Of a stretch of 64,000 nucleotides of DNA, positions 49,014-60,988 are shown one piece after another (the first letter of the stretch is position 1; every line of letters starts with the position of its first letter). The notes beneath the pieces were generated by a model. That model saw only the letters and a list, made by a program, of their open reading frames with translations. It made no database searches and was not told the DNA's origin. Position numbers and translations under genes: made by a program. The DNA lies in assembly GCA_010015585.1 (NCBI GenBank), contig ML975159.1; one strand, 5' to 3'. This DNA is from Eremomyces bilateralis CBS 781.70. Lineage: Eukaryota.

Positions 49014-51923
49014 GTAAGGAGGTAAACAACATGTTGGGTGAGAAATTTTGACGATTGTGCGAGGAGTTTTGTGTGGGAAGTCAATGATAGAGTCGCTCTC
49101 AAACCAACAAAACATCCCAACACCAAAATAAAAATGCGCACCAAAGCGATCAGCCATACTGCAGGCAACAGAACAGAACAGCTCAGTGAGATAATGATGC
49201 TGATGTCATGCTAATTTGTGGATAGAAGAGAAGATGATGAAATGGAAAATCAGCCCAGAAAAACATACTCTGATGCTTTTAGTGAGATCGTGAGTAAATA
49301 AAACTTTCTGGAGCAGCAGTCGAAAGAGAGGACCAGGCCGGAAGGCCCTCAAAGTGACTAGGATAACAGGTCACAGGGACCTTAAGATTTTGCTACACCC
49401 TCACTGATGGACTAAACTGGTGCGATGAGCAATGGAGAAAGGGGATTTGAAGTGAAACAGTGACTGGCCTCTGAAGATCATGATGTGATGAAATTAGTAG
49501 AAAGTCTGGGTGAAGAGATTGAAGGGAGGGTATCATAGAAAGCGAGGCCAAGGGAAAAATGAGAAAGACGGGTGAGGGAATTTCCAATGTTGATATTCCG
49601 CTTATGTGCGGTCGAAGATGGGGATCCATGCCAATATAGCTGTTAGCATGAAATGAGGCAGAAACCCAAAATATCACCCGACGCAGTGATTGCCATGTTG
49701 GTGCTGAATCTGAGAGTGCTTGAAGGGAGTATAGGAGAGAACAGAAACAGGCGTCAAAACATAAGATCATGGGGTACACCCCAGACCCCTCAGTGCTGAA
49801 AATGAGAATGCAGGTCGACGGAAGTCAGTAAAGATGAGCTGGCCGTGTTCACGGCAACACCTACAGTCCAGTTTAGAACATATAGGCTCGGCTTGGGAAT
49901 GTTGTCGAGATTGGTGGTGTATGGTTTAAGAATGGTGGAACGTTCTAAGAGGGGGATAGAAGCTTGAATCAGTGAAGGACTGGAGAGATACGAAGTTGGC
50001 ATGGAAATATGCGAGCATGTTGAAGGCGGAATATTTCATGGTGATGTAGCATGAGAAGGAAGAGATTTGAAGAGGAAAATGTTCGGTGTGTATGGACAAA
50101 CAAGTGAGAGTGTTGATTGAGAGACGGTTGGTTTATCCTGTCTGCCTGCTCTGATATTTCCGCTGCCATGTCGAGGCTCTGTTGCCTGCGAGAAGTTCAT
50201 TTAAAAAGGTATAGGAATACTGGTATATGAGAAATGAGAGAAGCACAGGATGAATGATTTCTACCCTGTTGATACCATTTCTTGGAGTGCGTTTAACGAT
50301 ATCAATCTCGAGTAGAGCGGTGGACTGAACGGCAGGCTGTTACCTTGGGCAGAAATACTGTTGAGGGCGTTCGAAAACACTGATGTTAAAATGCACCATT
50401 CCTACAGCTATGAAGAAGCATCGTCTATCGATATCCTCCAAATAATTGTAACATCACAAACCTCATGTGAGTTACAGTACTTACCCTCTCCCACATCACC
50501 CTGGAAGACCTACGATACATACTTCCAAACCTCCAAAGACACTGACTTGCACCAAGTCATCATCCATTCCGAAACTCGGACACGCCTTCCCGGATCAAAC
50601 CCAATCGGGCAATCCGATCGCTGTCGGAGTGACAACTCATCGGTCTCGAGGACCTTGCAGATAAGCGTGGACGGGGCATCAGCCCTGTTCTGGCGCAACC
50701 AATGGGAGGATTCAGCTTCATGCGAAGGGGACTGATGGGCTATCGTCACTGAGGCTTACTTCGGGGTTATGGCTACGAGAGTGGATATTCTCTGGACTCG
50801 GTCAGCCTCGTTATGACCGAATTGCCTAGCTTCCCGAACGGCTCTAAAGAGTGAGAGAAGTTGAGGAGACGCGAGATTCATAACGGGAAACGAATATATG
50901 AGAAAGGAGGGGAATAGTTCATCGACGACCCAGGGTCGATCGAGCCCATCGACTTCTGTAGATTCTCTGCGTTGTCAGTAGGCCGGGGTTGCGGAGAATA
51001 TTTCCCTCGTCGTCCTTGCCCGTGACGGCTTCGTTTGATTCTGCGCTGGCCATGAGTGATGGAAATATGCCTGTCAATCTAGCTTAAAAGCATGCAGCCG
51101 CCCTAATCATCGAAGCAGACCTCACCGTCATTGTCCGTACTGATATCGGGGATTCGTAGACCATCTCACGAAGCTGTCCGCATATTGCTCGAACCCCAGG
51201 TCCCTGGTGATACAACCAGTATCAGAGCCGCGACTTTCCATCCGGTACGAAATACACTCGATAGGTTCCTAGTGTGTTTTGCTGATCCGTCCAATCCAGT
51301 TCCAATTTCGCGCCTTGTGGAGGAGTGTCTGATTGCATTCTCATTGGCAGCCGGGACTCGCGCAGGGCTCCAGTCAGAGGCGACCGACCGAAATATTGGT
51401 GGACTGGCCGACCACACATCATCGAATCAGGCATCGCTCATCAACTTGGTTGCCCGGTATGTCCGACTGTAAACAAAAAACGCGTCGATCTAAGATGCGA
51501 CAATTGCGATGGTTCCGCGTCGCACAGATGCGAATGGGGAAGAGAGACGGCCGTTGACATGCCACACAGAAATCTCCGCTCCGCTCCGCTGCCGCCTCCG
51601 CTCGCCCGCTCCATCGCCGATCTGCTGCTCATCGGTTGCTGTTCCCTCCCGCCTCCACTCCCCAGCTTGGTTTCACCACCACATCCCCGAACGACTTCAC
51701 CATCATCGCGCTTCTCTTTCGCAATAACTTCGTCGCGTAACGATTCCATACGAATTCTCCTATCGCACGTTCTCAACGTTCAATCGAATCCCAGCAATCC
51801 ACACCAACCGCGATTCCTCAGCATCGAATTCAGCTCGCCATCCCCCGACCGCTGCTGTAACCCATCGGACGAGCTACAAACACGTCGGACAGAACTGCAG
51901 TCAGCCATTTGAGTCAAGGCGCA

Positions 51924-53100
51924 ATGGACCCTGCAAGCATGCAGGTAACAGGTCAACCCAAACTGCACCAGCAGCAGCAGACGGCTCAATCTTCGCAATC
52001 ACAGAATCCGCGCAAATACGACGGCAAGAACGGCAATCCCAATTACGATACGGACAATGGTGGTCACTATGGTATGAGCTCACTTCGCGAATTTGATATG
52101 CTATTAAGTAGTTCTTTTGCTGACGGTTCATCTCAATAGGTGCAAGTCAACAAGTATGTCACCTGGGAGGTGAAGCGGATAGCTTTGGCTCCGTACCCAA
52201 TGGAATCGTTACTGATTGACTTTGGTTAGATCGCCTTATCTGGGCACGCTCCCAATCCCGAAGTATTTACCGGACACTGGGCAAACGTATCTTATATATT
52301 CTTATATATGCGAAAGAACCAATAGCCTAACCAAATACAGGTCAACCAAGGTCTTACTGGCCACTACCGCGACATCCTCAACACGTACTGGCAACAACAA
52401 GTCACGAAGCTCGAAACCGACGAGCACGACTACAAGATCCACCAGCTCCCCCTCGCGCGCATCAAGAAAGTCATGAAAGCCGACCCGGAAGTCAAGATGA
52501 TCTCCGCTGAAGCGCCCATCCTCTTCGCCAAAGGCTGCGACATCTTCATCACCGAACTCACCATGCGCGCGTGGATCCACGCCGAGGAAAACAAGCGCCG
52601 CACCCTCCAACGCTCCGACATCGCCTCCGCCCTCGCCAAATCCGACATGTTCGACTTCCTCATCGACATCGTCCCCCGCGAGGAGGCCACCTCCCACAAA
52701 CGCTCCCACGCCGCCGCCCAGGCCGCCGCCCAGCACCCCTCCCAGCACGACCAGTCCGCGCACGCCGCCGCCGGCGGGCACCCGAACACGCATCCGAGGC
52801 AGGGCATCGTCCCCCCGCAGGCCGTCGCGCAGCAGACCGGCGTGCATCCGCCGCCGCCGCATCAGATGCCGCCGCCGGAGTACGCGATGCCGGCGCATTT
52901 GCAGCCTGACCAGGAGTATCGGCAAGCACCGGGGATGTATGGAGCGCCGCAGGCAGTGCAGGGTGATCCGGGGGCGCCGTATGGGCAACAGGGGATGGGG
53001 TTTGATCACCAGGTGTATGGGTATGGGATGCCGCCGCAGCAGGTGAGTGGAGATAAGGGTGGGTAGGAAATGGCACCGCTGATGTGATTTGTAGCATTGA
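51924..53100 (+). CDS. HAP5: CCAAT-binding complex subunit HapE/Hap5 (NF-YC), multi-exon; 3' end uncertain
   Basis: [66 protein letters not shown]...[12 protein letters not shown] histone-fold signature. Confidence 0.93.
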
Positions 53101-53729
53101 GTCGATTCCGGGAGATGGGATGTAAGCAGGAAGGGGGATGTGGGATGAGTGGCATGGAGTTCTCTGGAATGGAGTAGCTGTCGTTATCCATACCTGACTT
53201 TGGTACTCACCGCGATGAAAATGACGAGGGAAAATCAGTAGCATGATGGAGGGAATTCAAGAGGTCGAGACTGGGTTTTCTTTTATTTCATTCCCAGTCA
53301 AGTTCTGGGACGGCGCCTTTCACTTCGCGATGGTCAGATTGGAGTATATAGGTCGTATTAGAGGCGTTCGGACCTCGTTAATGACATTGCATGAGTGTAC
53401 ATGCAAATGAATTTCGTCCAAACTCAAACCCATCATTTTCTACGAAGCTTAAGGTAGTATGTAATATACATAGTTAATCGGGACCGTGACAAGTAATACT
53501 CCATCCCATACTCCCTCCAAATGCTAGTCCGGAACCAACCCATCATCCACGCCGCCCTCCGTCCCGAAGGCACCTGGATATCCCGAACTCCCGATCCCAT
53601 CCTAAGGGATAAGTGTACCGCACCACACTGCCGTGGCCCAACAATCCCCGGTCCGGATCTGCCCGAGCCCCCATCCATCCCAAACATCGGACGCAGGGAC
53701 AGAAACGGGCAGATCGATGGCGTGCAGTT

Positions 53730-53735
53730 CCGAGG
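53730..53735 (-). promoter_or_regulatory. CCGAGG (reverse complement of CCTCGG), candidate Far element upstream of MDH
   Basis: Hexamer ~480 bp upstream of the MDH ATG. Could be chance. Confidence 0.3.
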
Positions 53736-54209
53736 CACGCTCACATGCTGGGAGAAGATGGTGGAAGATGGACGATGGGAGGATCCGTTGGCCCATGGAA
53801 TTGGTTTATATTGAGAGACAGGTGCTGTTATGCCAGATGACACGTTTTCTACACACCATAACACAACGATTAATACTGAACCCGTGAAAGCGAAAGTGAA
53901 GGTAACGTGAACAACGCAGCGAACTCCAAACCCCGTGCCGCACAATCGATAACCCCCCACCCCCACATATTGACTAACGTCTGGATATTAATTTCTTCCT
54001 CAACGTCACCCTTCACAACAAACAACCACTCACTACTTCCTTCGCTCCTAGTAGACCACGATCCATATCCGGTCTAATCCCTCATTCCAATCCCTATAAA
54101 CACCTCTATAGCTTTAAAGCTACCACTAAAGGTACGAGACACCTCGTGAAGCATCCTACCCCGCCAATTGAGCCTGTTCGCTGACTGGAACTCTCTTAGA
54201 ACCGTCATC

Positions 54210-55849
54210 ATGAAAGCTGGTTAGTCGTCGGAATTGAACCCCGTCAGCGATATACAGCAGGAATTAACATCGATTAGTCGTTGCTGGAGCCGCTGGTGGT
54301 ATTGGACAGGTACGTTCGCTCATACACGCCGTCCTGCACTTCACTCACTCACCCCCTCCACCAACGCCACACCCCAACAATGAGATATCCATTGAGGTGT
54401 CCCGAAGCTAACAACTACCTCCTCTAGCCTCTGTCTCTCCTCTGCAAGGCCAGCCCGCTCATTGATGAGCTCGCCCTCTACGATGTCGTGAACACCCCCG
54501 GTGTCGCGACTGATTTGTCGCACATCTCCTCCAGGGCGGTAAGTTGAGCTCTCACCCAACCGAGAACCAACGTGTTGCAAAGCATGGTTATGGAACGGAC
54601 GACGACAGCGAGGACAAATTGGCTAATCTCTTATTCCCTCATGTAGAAAGTCACCGGCTTCCTCCCCGCGGACGACGGCATGAAGAAGGCCTTTACCGGC
54701 GCCGACATTATCATCATCCCCGCCGGCATCCCCCGTACGTCCCCTCTCGCTCTCTCCCCCCTCCAAATGCCCCCAACTAACCTACCCCAGGCAAGCCCGG
54801 CATGACCCGCGACCAACTTTTCAACACCAACGCCGGCATCGTCGCCTCCCTGGTCAAAGGCGTCGCGGAATTCGCCCCCACCGCTTACCTTCTGATCATC
54901 TCCAACCCGGTCAACTCCACCGTGCCCATCGCCGCTGAGGTCCTCAAGAAGGCCGGTGTCTTCAACCCCAAGAAGCTGTTCGGTGTCACCACCCTCGACG
55001 TCGTCCGCGCCGAGACCTTCGTCGCGGGTATCACCGGCGAGGCCGATCCCACCAAGCTGAACATCCCTGTCATCGGGGGGCATTCCGGTGAGACCATCGT
55101 GCCACTGTTCAGCCAGGCGACGCCGAAGTTCGAGATCGCCGGCGATGCGTTGGAGAAGTTGACGTACCGTGAGTCCCCCCCTTCCCTTCCCTCTAACACC
55201 CCAATTCCGTCCCACTAACCCACCATCCCACAGGCGTCCAATTCGGCGGTGACGAAGTCGTCAAGGCCAAGGACGGTGCCGGCTCCGCCACTCTCTCCAT
55301 GGCGTACGCGGGCTTCCGGTTCGCGGAGAAGGTCATCCGCGCCGCGAAGGGCGAGACGGGGATCAAGGAGCCGACGTTCGTGTACCTGGCCGGTGTGGAG
55401 GGCGGGAAGGCGATTGCGGAGGCGACCGGGTGCGAGTACTTCTCCGTGCCGGTCGAGCTTGGGGTGAGTTGATACACCGAACATAAAGTCACCTGGTGCC
55501 ACGGGTGTGGGGCTGGGAGGATGGATGGTTGGCTAACTGTTTTCTAGACCGAGGGCGCGGTGAAGGCGACGAACATCGTCGGTGATGCCAACGAGTATGA
55601 GAAGAAGCTTCTCGAGAAGTGCTATGAGGGCTTGAAGGGCAACATTGCCAAGGGCGTTGAGTTCGTCAACACCCCGCCGAAGTGAGTGTCCCCGGCTTCG
55701 ATTTTCTCCCTCATCATCCTCTCCCATATATTCCCAGCTATCCTTCCAACCCCCCTCCCCTCCCTTTCAACCACCACCGCACCCCCACCATTTCTTAAAA
55801 AAGACAAACCTCTGATCACTGACCGCATTGGTCGGCAGATAGATTGTAA
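54210..55849 (+). CDS. NAD-dependent malate dehydrogenase, cytosolic/peroxisomal type (no mitochondrial presequence), multi-exon with alternative C-terminus
   Basis: Spliced [83 protein letters not shown] and [13 protein letters not shown]. Unspliced stop at 55683-55685, spliced stops at 55840-55842 or 55847-55849. 5'UTR intron ~54132-54199. Confidence 0.95.
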
Positions 55850-56248
55850 ATGCCCTCGCCTTCCATTCGGGGTTTCCATCCGCGCCAACACCCACCTCCG
55901 ATCGGTCGGCCCTAATGATTTCGATGAGACTCAAGGACGCCGCACATTTGAGAATGATGAACGAACCCCTGGAATGAACCGAGGCGCATGAGAGAGATGA
56001 TGGATATTTAACGATTGCAGGGATGATGCGAGAAGGGTTTCACGGAGAGAGACATGATGAAGGTGGTCATACGTACAGCTAGCATCAATTCCTCTCTGCA
56101 ATCATCATTCGTGTCGCATTCCCGCCTGACTTCACCCCTCCCATCCCGTTCACACCGCGCCATATCCGGGTCTCTAGCTACACCACCGCAGCCAGTACTG
56201 TATATCCACATTCCCACACACCATCAATATTGCCCTCGGATCCCATCC

Positions 56249-57263
56249 TCATGCCTTCGCACCCACCGTCCGTATCTGGAACGTCGCAGCGGGTATCTCC
56301 TGCGACTCGGCCGACACGCTCGCCGTGATGCCCATGGCCGCGAGCGCGCCGCGGATGATGCCGCCGGGGAAGACGAGGAACTACGGGGAAGGGTTAGTTG
56401 GATAGTGGGGGATGGGGTGGAGGGGAGGAGGGGAAGGGGACGTACGGCTTGGGTTTGCGCTAGCATTCCGTCGCGGCCTTTTTCCATGCTAATGCGGTGG
56501 ATGGGTTTAAAGTTGTTATCTGTGAGGACGAAGATGCCCTGGATCCTTTGGTTAGATGCCTTCCATTGGACAGGGGAGGTAGAAGAAGGGGCTTGTCGGC
56601 GGCGATGGCACTCACGCGGTGGTTGGTCTTTAGGTTGTCGATCTGCTTGCGGAATATGATGCTCCAGACGTCTTTGCAGATGAACTTGATGATGTCCAAT
56701 GGCTCTGTAACCCGAGGTCGGTCGCGTGAGAATCTGCGAAGGAGAGAGAGTTAGTACTATTCCAGCACCAGCCGTCAACGGCTGGTGTTCTGCGCTCCAA
56801 ATCAAATCCCTCCTTCCACAACATCCCCACTCCTCGCTCATCAACTAAGAAAATCACCCACTCACCTCTCCGCAACCCCCAACCCCACCCGATACCCCAA
56901 ACCCTCCAACCTCAAATACGCCGCCTCCCTCAACTCCTCCTCATCCACCCCCCCAACCGCCCCGCCAATCCCCCCCACCCCTCCCCCTGTCAACTCACCC
57001 TTCTCATCCCGTCCCCCCAACTTCCCCCCCGCCCCTCCGCCAATCCCCGTCCCCGCCGTCGTGCTCCCCGTGACGCTCGCGCTCGCCCGCCGCGCGCTCT
57101 TGGATGATGGGTGGTATTGGGCTTCTTGGAGGGCGAGCTCGGCGGAGATGCGGTAGGCCATGGGGACGAGCTCGATGAGGAGGAGGTCGAGGCAGGAGGT
57201 GTTGAGGTAGGCGGCATAGGGGTCGGTGGAGTTGTAGGGGGGGGTGGGGGCTTCGAAGGACAT
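56249..57263 (-). CDS. TRS33: TRAPP complex subunit Trs33 (TRAPPC6), multi-exon
   Basis: [66 protein letters not shown] and [15 protein letters not shown]. Confidence 0.92.
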
Positions 57264-58741
57264 TTTGGAGTGGGGTGGGTGGATGGAGGGTTGATTGGTT
57301 TGTTGAGGCGGTCGGGAGGGTGGGAGGGTCTATTTGCGAGAGAATGGGTATTGTGGTTAAGGTGGGCTCCTTGGGTATTGGGGTCAGTTCGTCGTGGTGC
57401 TCAGAGATGGAGCTCTAGTGTAGGTCGGTTCGGGGCTGCGGGAGCTACTTTAAGGAACAATTCATACGAGGTCGATCGGTACGAGTTGGAGGAGGTCGAA
57501 AAGGACTTGTTGGCGTGCAATTACTCGGAATATGAGCGCAAGGTAGGTTATCGGCATATCTGAACTGTACAGAATTCCGTTGTCGATTTCAGTTGCGACG
57601 TTAAGACCTGACCGCTGCAATATTCCACGCTGTATCTGGACGCGTTTCCGGCCTATTACCTAGTCAAAAGTACGCGTATTTTATTACGGTACTAACTTCC
57701 AATGGATATGATAATACCTTAGTCAGCACAGTCCATGAAGGGTTGGGATTTCAACCTCTCAGTCTACACGTAACTTCATCCTTAACTTCATCCTCGCCTC
57801 ATTCCCGTGGCGACAGGCTTATTTCATACCCCACAGATACACAGGAATTGAGGGGGTCTGGAAACGTTAATGTTTGTGGGAGTGACCATAAAGGAGGCAA
57901 TCCAAGGAATGGATATGGGCAATAGGAACAGACCTGACCTTATTCCGTACTATTCCCTGGATTATTCTAGTCCTCTAATGCACGATCCTAGGATTATATT
58001 ACAGGCTGAGGCCTCCTCACGATGACCACGAATGAGCCGATGGTTAAATAGATCATCATTTGAGGGTTCATCGATTATTCCAACGCGGCAGGTTCAAAGT
58101 CGCATATCTCAAATCCCCATATCCAGAACAAACGGGCAGGTGGATCAGGATATATTTCTGGCTACTCTGATATTTCGTGTTGCAATATCTCCAACATTCA
58201 TTTTGAGGTCACTACTAGGTACTATCTTCGGAAAGGTCTCTTTTTTTTCAACTGTCCTTGTTTCATTATCATCATACTTAAGTCCCAGCACAAAACCGAT
58301 ATGAATCTCTGAGCAGACCAAAAGAGTGTATTACTAAAGAACCATCATCTGAGTCAACGTCCCAAGTTTGTCGCGCAAATAGAACTAAAAAGATGCGTCT
58401 TAGCTCTCCCAACCTGCTACTAATCAAGTCATCACACTGTTTTACGCTATTTATCTGAACTTAGCAAAGAACTCGGTTTCAAGACCTCCCTCCACAATCG
58501 ATTACAGTTTCTCCCTTTTAGAAGATTTGTCTTCGTTCTGATTTTAACAATGCTCCGCTACGCTACGTAATCATACATTTCGTTAATCAAGGCTGCATCT
58601 GGGTATCTCGGAGAGACAATTTCTGAAAAATGGCTGCTCGCAAGGTTTTGGCAAACAGAAGTATTCCATGTCGACCGGCGACGAATCCAACTTTTGCTAC
58701 GCTCATCCCAACTAACCGTCTTGCTTTGCTCGCATCTGAGC

Positions 58742-59560
58742 CTACCTAGACGCTAAAGCGACATGCGTGTTGTGGCAAACACCGTATATGTGTTTCTTTA
58801 GCTCTACACATTCCTCCATGAGATATATAGCATCCTCGAGTCGACCATGATATTCCCAGGCAATGGCAATCTTCTCCATCGTCAAAACAATGTCCGGGTG
58901 CTTTGGGCCAAATACCGTCTTGCTCATCTCCGTCAATGGTATCAACAGCTCAGCCGATTGGTCCCATCGGTGTCGATGCTGGCAGGCTACCGCCAGCTCG
59001 GCCATGCTCGATAGTGTGTCTCGATGCTCCAGTCCGAGCACACCCTTGAAATGGTCTACCACTGACAACTACACCTATTCGGCCTGGTTCAATTTGTCGG
59101 CTTGCCTCGAAAGCGTTGCTGCCAGTTTGGAATGTAGAGCTATGTATGGGGATGATCAGGCGTAAGAACCCTCTTGCTTATTTCTACCAATTGAATATTC
59201 AATTGTTCGTTCCGTACCCAAATGCCCTAATTGCGCTATACCGTCCCGAGGTCGGCCATGCTACTTAATCTCATAGGATGATCAAATCCATTCACCCTTG
59301 TGCTTGATTCCATTACTTGCCATAATTACGGCATTGTCGAAGATAACCAGCCATCTCTCGTCTGCCTCGTCCCGGCTGGACAGCCGCCGTAATATGACCT
59401 TGATTATGATTAAGTCGATCCAAGCAAATCCTTGGGCTTCGATTCGTTCTACTGGAATCTTCAGCTCCCGAGCACAGTTTTCAAAACTAGATCGCACTCG
59501 CTCCAGATTTGCAGTATCGACCCATAAACTTGGATTATACCGGTGGCTGTGGGCCTTGAT
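58742..59560 (-). pseudogene. Degenerate NB-ARC/TPR NLR-like fragment
   Basis: LWVDTA and WLVIFDNA (NB-ARC Walker-B region). Fungal NLR-type TPR repeats VLGLEHRDTLSSMAELA and VFGPKHPDIVLTMEKIA. Broken by stops and large internal loss. Confidence 0.7.
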
Positions 59561-60446
59561 ATGCTGCAGTACTCCTGCCGAAGTTAATGCATACCTTTCT
59601 GCTCAATTGAAGGCGCTGCTCCTGGATGAACTCCACCATCGCTTCAGGTTAGTCGCCAGGAAATTCAGCAGAACACCGATGCGCTCCATGGACATAGGAT
59701 TACTGGCGAAAATATAGTTCCGTCTGAAGATCCCAATATTTACCTTATTTGGGAGTACGACAAGTCCATGTTAAGCCTCTCCTTATCCGCTTGCTAAATC
59801 GCGGCTTTGTGTGCGACATCTTGCCTTGGCGGAGAGAGAGGAAGCAAACTCCAACAGTACTCGCGCTGAATCAGTGAACACGAACTTCGATCGGCCAATT
59901 GCAGTGAGATTCTTGCGATCCTATGCATTTCTAATACAACATCGTCTCGATTATACCCTGGCGAAGGAATCTCATCTCCTTCCAGATGACGTCGACCGGA
60001 TCAAATGGTCGATATTTATCCACCACTTCCGCATCATTGAAGACGACTAGGCCGCGAAGCGCTATTATCATGGACAGCTACGCCTAACGAGGCTGAACTG
60101 GGCCGTTCGCCTTTCCCACCCTCAGCACACCTTTACGGCCTGGTTCTACCAAATTAATTACTGGTCTATCACAGCGTATATCAAGCGGGTGTCTCTCTTA
60201 CACTCTTGTTCATATTTTCGAGCAAGATCCTTGCTCTTTTGTCGGCACAGGTTGTACTCTCAGTGCCGCCAGATGGACTGTGGTTTAGGGCGGCCAGTGA
60301 ACCTAGCATACGGTATATGTTCCCAGCTTTTGGGTGTTCTCTATCAGTGTTCTGCAGTTGTCCGCAGTTTTCCGGGTACTGCTTCTAGGCATTCCTCTTG
60401 CTATGCTGATAGCATAGATTTCGTGGGGGTTCCGACAGTGATGTAA
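59560..60446 (+). pseudogene. Disrupted DUF6601-like membrane protein relic
   Basis: AVRFLRSYAFLIQHRLDYTLAKESHLLP...W..F...*AAKRYYHGQLRLTRLNWAVR resembles the fungal DUF6601 family. In-frame TAG at 60048-60050 and further frameshifts. Confidence 0.6.
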
Positions 60447-60613
60447 AAATGCACAGGCTACAAGTCATAGTATTGAATATCAAAGTCATCTAAGACTAGA
60501 AAGAAGACAGTGCAAAAGTAAAAATGGGAGGGGCGGTCTTTACAACCAGTTATGGTATTCGTCCCCTCACTAAATTTGTTTTTTTCCGCCAGGCAGCTCA
60601 TTAGCCTTTAACC

Positions 60614-60988
60614 TCACGTAGCTTCATGCCACTTAGGGACCCCAGCTGGGTCGCCAGTCACCCTCATTGCCCAGAATCTTTCCCGTTCCCAAGTGGGCTC
60701 CTTGACTGAATCGCATGTCGAATTCATGCAGTAAGCCAAAGTTGTCAAGAAGGGAAGGTCGCCAGCGCGGCATTCTGGTGATGTGGGTCCTGGTCCATGA
60801 GAGTGGCCAGCGGAATGATCCCCAGCCGTACATGTCAGTGGAGCGCTGGAGATAGAGTTATAACAAGCGAACCCGCATTTCAGTACATACCACTCAAATC
60901 CATAGCCCGGAAAGTATGGAGACTCAAGGTGCTGAGAAATGGATCGTTGAAAGAGGGCAAGTCGACTGACGAGAAATGGTAGCTTCAT
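60614..60988 (-). pseudogene. Truncated N-terminal Cys-rich ectodomain of a ferric-reductase-like gene
   Basis: Signal-like start MKLPFLVSRLALF, then PGYGFEWY..CGFAC and TSPECRAGDLPFLTTLAYCMNSTC..ERFW, resembling Pezizomycotina FRE N-termini. No TM/FAD/NAD domains follow. Confidence 0.5.

Noticed and set aside
51325..51912. 195-aa ORF upstream of HAP5
   Set aside because: Non-ATG start and low-complexity translation of a pyrimidine-rich promoter/5'UTR.
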